Shown here: positions 7,850 through 16,786 of the stretch, piece by piece
Layout: every line of letters starts with the position of its first letter
Numbering within the stretch: position 1 is the first letter of the stretch
Origin: an uncultured Gemmatimonadales bacterium
Lineage (GTDB): Bacteria > Gemmatimonadota > Gemmatimonadetes > Longimicrobiales > RSA9
Assembly (NCBI GenBank): GCA_963741945.1
Contig: CAVUKA010000006.1
Coordinates: forward strand, 224,001 to 288,000
Reading direction: 5' to 3'
DNA length: 64,000 nucleotides
The notes under the pieces: generated by a model
Seen by the model: the letters and a program-made list of their open reading frames with translations, nothing else
Told to the model about the DNA's origin: nothing
Databases searched by the model: none
Position numbers and translations under genes: made by a program

Positions 7850-10804
7850 TCAGTTTCCGCCGCCCGCCGCCTCCCGAGCGCCGGACGCCATTGTCCCTTC
7901 CGCGCTGTCGAGCCCCAGCGTCCTCCCCTTCTCGGTGGCCGGGATGCCGTCCGTCATCCAGACGGGGGCCGGCGCGCCCTGGAGGTAGTGGTCGAAGAAC
8001 TGCTGCATGCGGATGTTCCAGTCCCGGATGTCGGCCGGGGTGACCGGCCAGTGCGGCGCGTCGTTGTAGACGATCATCCACGCTGGCTTCTGCAGGCGTC
8101 GCATCCCGAGGAAGAGCTCGATCCCCTGTGTCCACGGCACTGCGCTGTCATGGTCGTTGTGCATGATGAGCAGCGGGGTCTTGACCTTGTCGAGCTCGAA
8201 GATCGGGCTGTTCTGGATGTAGCGCGACGGCTCTTCCCAGAGAGAGCCGCCGATCCGGCTCTGGGTGCGCTCGTACTGGAACATCCGGCTCGTGCCCGTG
8301 CCCCACCGGACCCCGCCATAGGCGCTGGTCATGTTCGCCACGGGGGCGCCCGCCTCCGCCGCGGCGAAGAAGTCGGTCCTGGTCACCATGTAGGCGATCT
8401 GATAGCCGCCCCAGGAGTGCCCCTGCACGCCGACGCGCTTCGCATCCACCCACGGCTCGGCCGCCAGCTTCAGGACGCCGGGCATGATGGCGTCCATGGC
8501 GCTCTCGCCCGGGTACCCGTCCTCGTACACGATGTCCGGCTCGAAGACGATGTACCCCCGGCTGGCGTAGAACGTGGGCCGGATGACGGACCGGTGCGGC
8601 AGCGGCGGCGAGTAGGCGTTGAGCTCGTCGCTGCTCCGCTCGTAGAACGTCACCATCATCGGGTACTGCCGTGAGGGATCGAAGTTCTCCGGCCTGTACA
8701 CCAGCCCCTGGAGCGGAATGCCGTCCGTGGAAAGCCAGCTCACCAGCTCCACGGTGGCCCAGTTGTACTCCTTCTGCTGCGGGTTCACATCACTGATCCG
8801 GTGCGCGCCCGAGAACGAGCGGTCGGCCACCCACAGGTCCGGGAATTCGGCCACGTCTTCGCGCGTGTAGAGCAGCGCGTCGGCGTCCTCCGCCCGCACG
8901 GGGCGCCCGAACTGCTTCGCTCCCCACACGAGCCGCTCCGGCGCCCGGCCGCCGTCCACGTGGTCGCGGAAGAACCCGGCATCTTTGGTCCGGAGCTGGA
9001 ACCCGGAGAGCAGGAGCGGCGCGTCACTCTCGAGGGCGTCCTGCTCCGGGTCCAGATCCACGTAGCGCAGGCGGATGTCGTTCTCGCGGCCAAACCCCTC
9101 CGTGATGGCCCGGGGGTCCCCGCGCCCGGTCGGCGAGACCGCCCACACGTCGTAGCGGTCGTAGACCAGCAGCGCCCGGTCCCCTGCCGTCCACCCGGCC
9201 ATGCCGTACGGCGATGGCAGCATCGGGTGATCATCGTCCTCGTCCCAGAGTGGGTACGGGATCCCGGCAGTCACCGCCACCGGCGCCCTGCCGTCCACCG
9301 GCATGGCCATCCACTGGCGGGCCCGGTAGTCGTACCAGGCCACGTGCTTCGCCTCCGGCGACAACGTCGTTCGCGCCACCTGCCCGTCCTGCACCACGCG
9401 CCGCCGCTGCCCCGTGGTCACGTCGACGAGCCAGATATCCGCGTGCTCGGGGGCGTCGATCCCCACCAGGTGCCGGTACGGCACGCCCGTTTCCGCCACA
9501 GCCACGTCGGCGTCACCCTTCCGGCCCACATCCACCTCGGGCATGGCCTCATTCGCCAGCTGAACGATCCGGTCGCGCTGGTCGAGGAGCACCACGGCCC
9601 GGTACGCCCGCTTTCGCTCCCGCTCGATCTGGAGCTTCTGCATCGGCTGGATCAGCGGGTCCTGCCAGTTCCAGACGTCCAGCTCGACCTTCTCATCGTC
9701 CAGCAGCGTGTCCTCGGATTCCGGCGCCGGTCTGGGCGACGTCCCGAAGAACAGGCGCCGGCCGTTCTCGGAAAACGACGTCTCCGCGTCCCTGCTCACC
9801 CACCAGCCGTCCGGGATCCCGGCCGATCCCTGCGCCGCCGCCTTCGTGGCCACGTCCCGGCCGTCGCGCCAGTGATAGAGCGCGAACGACGGCTGCTCGG
9901 CATCGACGTCATCGCGATCGGTGACGAACGCCAGCTGCGCACCATCCCCGCTCAGCACCAGCTGCTCGTAGGCGCCGCGCCCGCCCAGCACCGGCCGCGC
10001 CGCGCCCGTGGCCGTGTCCATCACGTACACGCCGTCGCCACTCCCGTCCTCTGTCGAGGCCGTGTACGCCAGCGTTCGGCCGTTATCCGACAACGCGTAC
10101 GCCACAGCGTCGCCGACCCGGTACTCCTGGCCCGTCGCCGCATCCCGCACCACCAGCGTGTACGTATCCGGCCGCTTCCGCTCCTTCGCCTCCGGGGCCG
10201 CCGGCCCCTCCTCCTTCTCCCCCGCGGGGGCCGCCGTGGGCTTTCCCCCCCGAGGCTCCGCGGCCCCTTTCTCCTCTTCGCCAGGCGCAGACTTCTCGGG
10301 CTTGACCAGGTAGGCGACGACGGAGCCGGCCACCTCCGGCAGCTTCCACGACTCGAGTCCCGGCACCCGCACCACTTCGCTGGTGCCGAGGTCGATGATC
10401 CCGAGAGTGTCCGGCGGCAGGTCGGCCTTCTTCGTCTTCTTCAGCTTGAGCGCGCGCACGGAATCGTGCGCGGGCAGGATGGTCACCACCACGAACCGGG
10501 AGTCCGGCGTGAAGGCGGCATTGCCCGCGCGCTCGATCCGGATGGCGTCGCCTGCGTCGGCAGGCGTGACCACCAGCGTGGCATCGCCCACCCGGGGCTC
10601 CGTCCGGTAGAGCACCCACGCGCCGTCGGCCGAGACCCGCTCCCCGCGGATGGTCCGCCACACATCGTAGGCGTCGTGATCCAGCACCTTCTTCTGCGCG
10701 GCCGCGCCGCCAGCGAAAGTCAGGGTCAGCATGAGCGCGAGAGCGCCCGGCAGCCGCGCGAACGTCGTCGCAGCGGAAAGGTATCCCTTCATGGGTCTCG
10801 TCAT
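7850..10804 (-). CDS. Secreted S9 family prolyl oligopeptidase / dipeptidyl aminopeptidase
   Basis: Signal peptide; beta-propeller repeats; nucleophile elbow GHSWGG; Asp in HNDHDSAVP; His in DAPHWP. Confidence 0.92.
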   Translation of the reverse strand: MTRPMKGYLSAATTFARLPGALALMLTLTFAGGAAAQKKVLDHDAYDVWRTIRGERVSADGAWVLYRTEPRVGDATLVVTPADAGDAIRIERAGNAAFTPDSRFVVVTILPAHDSVRALKLKKTKKADLPPDTLGIIDLGTSEVVRVPGLESWKLPEVAGSVVAYLVKPEKSAPGEEEKGAAEPRGGKPTAAPAGEKEEGPAAPEAKERKRPDTYTLVVRDAATGQEYRVGDAVAYALSDNGRTLAYTASTEDGSGDGVYVMDTATGAARPVLGGRGAYEQLVLSGDGAQLAFVTDRDDVDAEQPSFALYHWRDGRDVATKAAAQGSAGIPDGWWVSRDAETSFSENGRRLFFGTSPRPAPESEDTLLDDEKVELDVWNWQDPLIQPMQKLQIERERKRAYRAVVLLDQRDRIVQLANEAMPEVDVGRKGDADVAVAETGVPYRHLVGIDAPEHADIWLVDVTTGQRRRVVQDGQVARTTLSPEAKHVAWYDYRARQWMAMPVDGRAPVAVTAGIPYPLWDEDDDHPMLPSPYGMAGWTAGDRALLVYDRYDVWAVSPTGRGDPRAITEGFGRENDIRLRYVDLDPEQDALESDAPLLLSGFQLRTKDAGFFRDHVDGGRAPERLVWGAKQFGRPVRAEDADALLYTREDVAEFPDLWVADRSFSGAHRISDVNPQQKEYNWATVELVSWLSTDGIPLQGLVYRPENFDPSRQYPMMVTFYERSSDELNAYSPPLPHRSVIRPTFYASRGYIVFEPDIVYEDGYPGESAMDAIMPGVLKLAAEPWVDAKRVGVQGHSWGGYQIAYMVTRTDFFAAAEAGAPVANMTSAYGGVRWGTGTSRMFQYERTQSRIGGSLWEEPSRYIQNSPIFELDKVKTPLLIMHNDHDSAVPWTQGIELFLGMRRLQKPAWMIVYNDAPHWPVTPADIRDWNIRMQQFFDHYLQGAPAPVWMTDGIPATEKGRTLGLDSAEGTMASGAREAAGGGN

Positions 10805-10958
10805 CTCCTCGGGTCCGCAATGGCTCCGGCCCCCGGACGGGTGGCCGGCCAGACAGGGGCTCCCTCAAAGTGGGCCCCGAGCGCGCTGCCGGTCAACCGC
10901 GGGCACGCTGCCGATCAGCCGGGCGGAGGAGGGCGCCGCCCCATGTTCGCGGCAGGTC

Positions 10959-11684
10959 TCAGAAAGGCACGCCCGCAGCTTCGCACAGCCACGCCATCAA
11001 CGGTGAGCCAGCCCGGCAGAGCTCGGCGAACCGCTCCACGAATCCATCCGCCACCACCTCTTCTTCCGTGAGATCGACGGAAGCGACGAAGTCCTTTCGC
11101 TTCAGGTCGTCGATCAACGGGTGGTCACGGTCATAGCCCGCAGGGCCGCGCTTCAGCGAATCGCCACCCAGCTCGAGCGCCGCGCCGGGCTGCGGGGCCG
11201 GGCGGACCGCGATCCAGCGCTCGGGGTCCGCCACCATCGCATCGCGGATCGCAGTCAGCGTGTCGCGATCCGGCCGCCAGACGCCCATCGCCGCCATGCT
11301 CCCCGCCCCGCCGCCGTACTCACCCGGCCCGCCCGAGGGCTCGAGATGAAGGTAGAACCCCGGCGCGTGAACGTCGCCGCCGGCCGTGTGGCGGAACTGG
11401 ATGCCCGCGTGCGTCTTGTACGGCGGCCGGTCCGGGTGGAACCGGCGGTTGTTGTGGATCCGGAAAAGGGACCCGCCCCGGACCCGGGGCTCCGCCTGGA
11501 AGTGCGGGCTGACCCTGCGCAGCTCCGACCGGAACGCCAGCACGAAGATCTTGCTCGGCTCGAGGACGTGCTCCTCGTACCGGTCGCGGTTCGCCTCGAA
11601 CCACTCCTTCCGGTTGTTCTCCCGGAGGTCCCGGAAGAAGCGGAAGAGCTCCGGCGTGAACGGGCTGGGCTGGGGCGCGGTCAC
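10959..11684 (-). CDS. DUF2461 / TIGR02453 family protein
   Basis: FFRDLRENNRKEWFEANR, LFRIHNNRRF..DRPPYKTH, PGFYLH, LKRGPAGY..DHP..DDLKRKDF. Confidence 0.9.
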   Translation of the reverse strand: MTAPQPSPFTPELFRFFRDLRENNRKEWFEANRDRYEEHVLEPSKIFVLAFRSELRRVSPHFQAEPRVRGGSLFRIHNNRRFHPDRPPYKTHAGIQFRHTAGGDVHAPGFYLHLEPSGGPGEYGGGAGSMAAMGVWRPDRDTLTAIRDAMVADPERWIAVRPAPQPGAALELGGDSLKRGPAGYDRDHPLIDDLKRKDFVASVDLTEEEVVADGFVERFAELCRAGSPLMAWLCEAAGVPF

Positions 11685-11687
11685 GGC

Positions 11688-13862
11688 CTACCACCCCGCC
11701 CTGTTCGCCCGCGCGGACGCGCCCGGATCCCCGCCCCCCGGCGCCTGACGCCCGGCCGCCGACCGGCTCGCGGGCACGCAGTCGAGCGTGAGCACCTCGA
11801 ACGGCTCCAGCCGGAACGCCCGCGGCTGCCCGGCGCGCAGCGCCATGGGCTGCGCGTTGCGGCCATCGCGCCAGGGACTGGCGGCGAGGTAGCTCCCGGC
11901 CCCGTGATCGGGCAGCTCGAACGCGTCGGCCACGTCGAGCTCCAGCGTGCGTGGCGAGTCGCCGGGATTGCGCAGCGTGAGGATGCCGCGGTCCTGTGAC
12001 CATGCGGCCCAGCCGTACGGCTCCAGCGACCCCGGATCGCCGCCGACCCAGTGCGTGTCCACCAGGGTGGCTGCGCGGGCGCGGGACCAGCGGGCGCCCT
12101 CGGCGATGGAATCCCAGTCGTCGTCGCCCAGGAGCGATGGCGTGATGTACATCTCCTGGAGCTGTGTCCCCGAGCCGAAGTAGGAGCGGACCTCGGCCTT
12201 GAAGTCGTGGTCGGGGTCGTCGCTCAGTCCACGGGCGTGCTGCGCGTAGATGAGCCCGTGGAGCATGAGGGCGTTGAGCGGGTAGAGCGGCCCTTGCCGC
12301 ACCACGCCCTCGTACGTCGCCGCATCGCGGTACGTGATCCACTGCTGCCGCTGACTGCCCACACCGGCGAAGTCGTGGTCGCTCCCGCCCCGCCACGTCG
12401 AATCGGCGTAGCGCAGCCAGAACGGCGAGGGGTAGGTCCCGGTGGTGAGATTCACGTAGAGGTCGGGCTCGGCCTCACGGAGTCGGCCGATCAGGTGGAT
12501 GGCGGCGTCGAAGTCGCTGTCGAAGTGGCTCCCGGCGATGGCGTGCCCGGTGTCGCCGGTGCCGTCCAGCTTGAACTGGTTCACGCCGTAGCGCTCGACC
12601 ATCTCCAGGCAGACGTCCTCGAATCGCGGGTAGTACTTCGGGCCGGAGAGGGCGAGACCGCTCTCGTTCGTCTCGAATCCCCGGGCCCGGGCGCTGGCGA
12701 GGCGCTCCTTCCGGGGCTCGCCGTAGCCACCCCACGGTGACAGCCAGACACCGGGCGAGGCGCCATAGATCGCCGCGGCGTCCCGCACGCGGGCGAAGCC
12801 GTCGGGGAAGTCGCGGCTGAAGCGCCAGAGGTGGTCGTGGTCGTCCCAGCCGTCGTCGAAGAGGAAGGAGCTCAACACCACCCGGCGCTCCTCGTGCAAC
12901 GCACGGCCGAAGGCGTGGATGCGGTCCAGCGCCCCTGCCTCGTCGTACGGGCTGAAGTAGCCGAGATCGTACCAGGAGTTGTAGTGCAGGAAGGGGCGGT
13001 AGGGATGGGCCCGCTCCCGCTCGATGTAGTCGAGGAAGCCTCGCCGCAGCTGCCCCGTGGGCACCACGCCCACCACAGAGGACACGGTCGTGGGGGCTCC
13101 GGGCCGGAGCGGCAGCCCGCGCGCGAGGGCGCAGCGGGCGCTGGCATCCGGGCCGCTACCGTCAACGCGGCTTTCGCTGAGCGGGTGCTCGAACGCAAGG
13201 AAGACGTCGCCCGCCACCACCGGCGAGCCGTTCACGGCGCCGTGTACGGCGCCGCCCGGCAGCGGCAGATCCCAGAGCACGATCTCGCGCACGGGCAGCT
13301 CACCCCCCGTCGCCTCCAGCTCGACTGCCTGTCGCACGTAGCCGGCGCCATCCCGGAGCTCCGCGCGCCAGGTGGCGCGCAGCCGACCACCCGGGTCCGC
13401 CAGCTCCACCGTGATGCGCTGACCGCCCAGCCGCTCGGCCAGTCGGGATGCGCCAGGGCGAGGCGCGATCCGCTCCAGCCGCGGCCCGGCCTCGAGGCGC
13501 ATGGAAGACGATGCCAGGGCGGTGCCGCCGGGGAGGCTGAGAACGAAGACGTCCGGCGGCAGCGCCAGCGTGCGCCCGTGGCGGCGATCCTCCAGGCGCA
13601 CGGCCCTCAGCGTGGATTCCTCCAGCGTCCAGGTCACGGCGATGGCGTCCCCCATGAGCGCCAGCTCGCGACCGCGCCGGACCACGCGAGCCGCCCGGCC
13701 ACCGGCCTCCCGGGCTGCGCCAGCGCTGCCCGGCCGCCCGAGCCTCCCGACGGCCCCGGGTACCAGCGGCAGCAGCGCGAGGCTCGCAGCACCCTCCGCC
13801 GCACGGCCGAGAAAGGCGCGGCGCGTGAGCGGATCGGGCCAGATCGCGTGTTCGTTCGACAT
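11688..13862 (-). CDS. Tat-exported glycoside hydrolase-like protein (GH36/clan D-like TIM barrel)
   Basis: Start ATG 13862; Tat motif TRRAFL; HYNSWY, FLFDDGW, FPDGF, GVWLSPWGG, FKLDG motifs. Confidence 0.75.
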   Translation of the reverse strand: MSNEHAIWPDPLTRRAFLGRAAEGAASLALLPLVPGAVGRLGRPGSAGAAREAGGRAARVVRRGRELALMGDAIAVTWTLEESTLRAVRLEDRRHGRTLALPPDVFVLSLPGGTALASSSMRLEAGPRLERIAPRPGASRLAERLGGQRITVELADPGGRLRATWRAELRDGAGYVRQAVELEATGGELPVREIVLWDLPLPGGAVHGAVNGSPVVAGDVFLAFEHPLSESRVDGSGPDASARCALARGLPLRPGAPTTVSSVVGVVPTGQLRRGFLDYIERERAHPYRPFLHYNSWYDLGYFSPYDEAGALDRIHAFGRALHEERRVVLSSFLFDDGWDDHDHLWRFSRDFPDGFARVRDAAAIYGASPGVWLSPWGGYGEPRKERLASARARGFETNESGLALSGPKYYPRFEDVCLEMVERYGVNQFKLDGTGDTGHAIAGSHFDSDFDAAIHLIGRLREAEPDLYVNLTTGTYPSPFWLRYADSTWRGGSDHDFAGVGSQRQQWITYRDAATYEGVVRQGPLYPLNALMLHGLIYAQHARGLSDDPDHDFKAEVRSYFGSGTQLQEMYITPSLLGDDDWDSIAEGARWSRARAATLVDTHWVGGDPGSLEPYGWAAWSQDRGILTLRNPGDSPRTLELDVADAFELPDHGAGSYLAASPWRDGRNAQPMALRAGQPRAFRLEPFEVLTLDCVPASRSAAGRQAPGGGDPGASARANRAGW

Positions 13863-13873
13863 GAGCCTACCAG

Positions 13874-15982
13874 TCAACGTGTGAGCAGGGCGCGCCCCAC
13901 TTCCACCAACACCAGCACGCCCACGCCGGCCGCCGCCGAGCGCTTCGCCGCATCGCCGAACGACCGCCGGCTCGTGTACCCCCCGGCGAAGGTCATCACC
14001 ATGAGGGCCAGCCACGGGATCGGGAAGATGGCGAACGCCGCCGCATTCAACACCAGCATGATCCACCGGATCCCCGGGACCCTGTCCAGGATGCCGGCCT
14101 TCCCGTGCGTGCCGAAGCAGTCCAGCTGCCACTGCGAGAGGCTCGTGCCTTCCTGCTCCGAGCTGCGCGCGCCGCAATCCGGGCAGCGGTGCGTGGCCTG
14201 GCTGCTGTCGGAGCCGCCGTCGTCGGCCTCCGACAGGGGCTCGAGCCGCACACTCCCGCACCGCGGACAGGCTTTCCGGAAGAACGCCTTCCGCACCAGC
14301 CAGGCCCCCGTGAGGAAGAGCGGTATGAGCACGAGGAGCAGGGCGCGCTGGTCGCCCACCGGGAAATCGAAGAACCCGGTCGGTCTCCAGATCCCGGAGA
14401 TGGCCAGCAGATGCGGGTCGCCGCCGCCGAACGTGAGCGCCAGCAGCACGGCCGCCGGGACCACGGGGAAGAGGAGCCGGGGCGTGCGGTTCGAGGAGCT
14501 GGCCCCGACTTTCGCGCTCCCGGCCTGGTACACCGCCGGGTAGCTGCTCTGCAGCCACTCCGCGTCCCCCAGCAGCGCCTCGCCGCAGCGGCGGATGTGC
14601 TGCTTGTGGTCCGCCTCGATGCGGTCTCCCATCGTGGCCGCGAAGTACATGCAGTCAACGACCTTGCGCCGGACCGACTCGTCGAACCGGTTCATGAACT
14701 CGATGGCCAGCGTCTTCCCCAGTTCCGGGTAGCGGGCTGGAATCTCCTGGAACGACTCGTCATCGAGAAGCCGCTCGTGGATGTCGAAGCTGAACAGCTC
14801 CCCCTCCAGCTCTTCCAGCAAGTGCTGATAGTGCTCCTGCGCCCGCGCCTCGTCATCGTGATCCCGCTTATGGGCGAGGATCGGGTGCAGCAGGAGGATC
14901 ACCGAGGCCGTGTACTGCTCGTGGGGCGTGTATCCCTCCAGCCGGTTGATGATCGCTTCCCAGTCCTCGTCGTGGACCTCCGGGAAGTTCTCCCGCTCAA
15001 TGGCGTACCGGTGGTTTACAGCCAGCTCGAAACGACCCTCCACCCGCTCGGGGTCCGTCAGCACCATGGTGCGGTCACCCACCCGGACGAACGGCACCGG
15101 CGCGAGCGTGAAGTAGCCGATGCCGAAGTCCTCCGGGATGTGGAGCCGGAAATCGGTGTCCAGCGCCACTTCGGTCTTGGCGGGGATGTTCTGGTCCTCG
15201 TTCTCCAGGAGGTCCCCCTCGAACACCACAGTGTCCTCCGGCTCGACTACCAGCCCTATCCTGAAGGGAGCGGGCATGGGTATGCCGTGCTCGTTCGCCA
15301 GGACCACGCCGTTGATCGTGAACGAGCTGCCCGCCGTGAAGACGCCGTTCCGGCGCGAGCCATCATCCACGACGTTGATGGTGTGGGGATGCAGTCCGCA
15401 GGACGCGCTCATGTACGGCAGACCGTTGATGTCGGCCAGGTACGTGCTCGAGCCGGGTTGTCCGGTGGACCCGCTGGCGCCCCAGGGGTCGCCCCGGCCA
15501 GCCAACCCGCCCTGCCCCCCCCTCGCCGTCACCCGGATCATCGGCAGCAGGCGCGGATCCTCCGATCGCACCACCACCTCACCGCCGTTGCCGCCGCGGC
15601 CGCCGTTGCCGCCCCGCCCGTCATTCCCCTTCCGCCCGGGCGGGTTCCCCGAGCCGCCCGAGCCGCCTCGCCCGCCGTTGCCGCCGTTGCCGCCCTTGCC
15701 GCCCGAAACGTCGATGGTGACCGGGCCCGTCACCTCGTACCGATGCTCCCCGCTGGTGAGGAAGATGTGGTCGTCCTCCACCACCACGTCGAAGCCTACC
15801 CGCTGGCCATCCGTGGCGTGGGTACCGTCACCGGCGTTCGTGCCGGGCGTGCCGTCCTCACCCTGCTTCTGCTCGTTCTGACCCGTATGCGGATTCCGGA
15901 CCGTACGCCCCGCCGCCCCCGCCCTCCCGTTGCTCCCGTCGATCCCGCTCCGGCCGTCACTTCCTTTGAAATCCAGGTACAT
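13874..15982 (-). CDS. Hypothetical mosaic protein: Gly-rich GxxG N-terminus, beta domain, helical domain, TM helices and CxxC..CxxC Zn ribbon
   Basis: 702-aa ORF with protein-like composition; AAGGGG SD-like before ATG; GGKGGNGGNGGRGG runs; CPRC and CPDC between hydrophobic segments. Confidence 0.75.
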   Translation of the reverse strand: MYLDFKGSDGRSGIDGSNGRAGAAGRTVRNPHTGQNEQKQGEDGTPGTNAGDGTHATDGQRVGFDVVVEDDHIFLTSGEHRYEVTGPVTIDVSGGKGGNGGNGGRGGSGGSGNPPGRKGNDGRGGNGGRGGNGGEVVVRSEDPRLLPMIRVTARGGQGGLAGRGDPWGASGSTGQPGSSTYLADINGLPYMSASCGLHPHTINVVDDGSRRNGVFTAGSSFTINGVVLANEHGIPMPAPFRIGLVVEPEDTVVFEGDLLENEDQNIPAKTEVALDTDFRLHIPEDFGIGYFTLAPVPFVRVGDRTMVLTDPERVEGRFELAVNHRYAIERENFPEVHDEDWEAIINRLEGYTPHEQYTASVILLLHPILAHKRDHDDEARAQEHYQHLLEELEGELFSFDIHERLLDDESFQEIPARYPELGKTLAIEFMNRFDESVRRKVVDCMYFAATMGDRIEADHKQHIRRCGEALLGDAEWLQSSYPAVYQAGSAKVGASSSNRTPRLLFPVVPAAVLLALTFGGGDPHLLAISGIWRPTGFFDFPVGDQRALLLVLIPLFLTGAWLVRKAFFRKACPRCGSVRLEPLSEADDGGSDSSQATHRCPDCGARSSEQEGTSLSQWQLDCFGTHGKAGILDRVPGIRWIMLVLNAAAFAIFPIPWLALMVMTFAGGYTSRRSFGDAAKRSAAAGVGVLVLVEVGRALLTR

Positions 15983-16221
15983 TCCGCCCCCTTGAGCACC
16001 TCAAGAGTACAAGGGCCGAGGCTGCAGCCCAGGCGGAGTAGGGGCCGTGGATGGACGCATGTTAGACCCTCGCACACCCCGTGACAACCGTTCCGTGACC
16101 GCAGCCGCGCACAGTGTCATCACGACGGCGGGCCCGTTCCGTTCCATCCCGCGACGTGCCACATTCCCGTAGCGCACGGTGGGCGCCGCCGGCGCCCCGC
16201 GCTCCTCGCTCCGGACCAGCT

Positions 16222-16785
16222 GTGAAGATCGCATTCATCGGCAGCCACGGCGTGGGCAAGACCACGCTCTGTTTCGACGTGGCCGCTCGCCTCAAGCGGC
16301 TCGACCTTGGCGTCGAGCTGGTGAAGGAAGTGGCGCGCGCCTGTCCACTCCCCATCAACCGGAACACGACCGTGGAAGCGCAGGCCTGGATCCTCCACTC
16401 CCAGGTGGCCCAGGAGATCGTGGCGTCGTCCCGGTATGACGTGGTCCTGAGTGACCGCTCGGTGCTGGACAACTACGCCTACATGGTCCACCAGGCGGGG
16501 CCCGCACCTGCGTACGCGCCGCTCGTGCGGGAGTGGATGGGCACGTACGACGGCGTGTTCAAGGTCCCGATCGTGGAGCCCCCTTCGTTCGACGGCACCC
16601 GGGACACGAGCGCGACGTTCCAGCGGGAGGTGGACGCGATCATCGACCAGCTGCTCGAGACGTTCTCCGTCCCCTGTCATCGCCTCGACCCGCGCGACCG
16701 TCCGGCATGGACCGACGCCGTGGTGCGCATCATGGGCCTGCCCACCGCGCCGCCACAGATGGAGATCTTCGCCGCCGGTAGCTGA
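16222..16785 (+). CDS. P-loop NTPase, AAA_28 / NadR-Ttd14-like nucleotide kinase fold
   Basis: GTG start; KIAFIGSHGVGKTT Walker A; EVAR; LSDRSVLDNYAY; DGTRD. Confidence 0.85.
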   Translation: MKIAFIGSHGVGKTTLCFDVAARLKRLDLGVELVKEVARACPLPINRNTTVEAQAWILHSQVAQEIVASSRYDVVLSDRSVLDNYAYMVHQAGPAPAYAPLVREWMGTYDGVFKVPIVEPPSFDGTRDTSATFQREVDAIIDQLLETFSVPCHRLDPRDRPAWTDAVVRIMGLPTAPPQMEIFAAGS

Positions 16786-16786
16786 G

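Noticed and set aside
15585-15705. GCCGCCGTT-type repeats as a possible array
   Set aside because: They encode the GGN/GGR protein repeats; no spacer structure.
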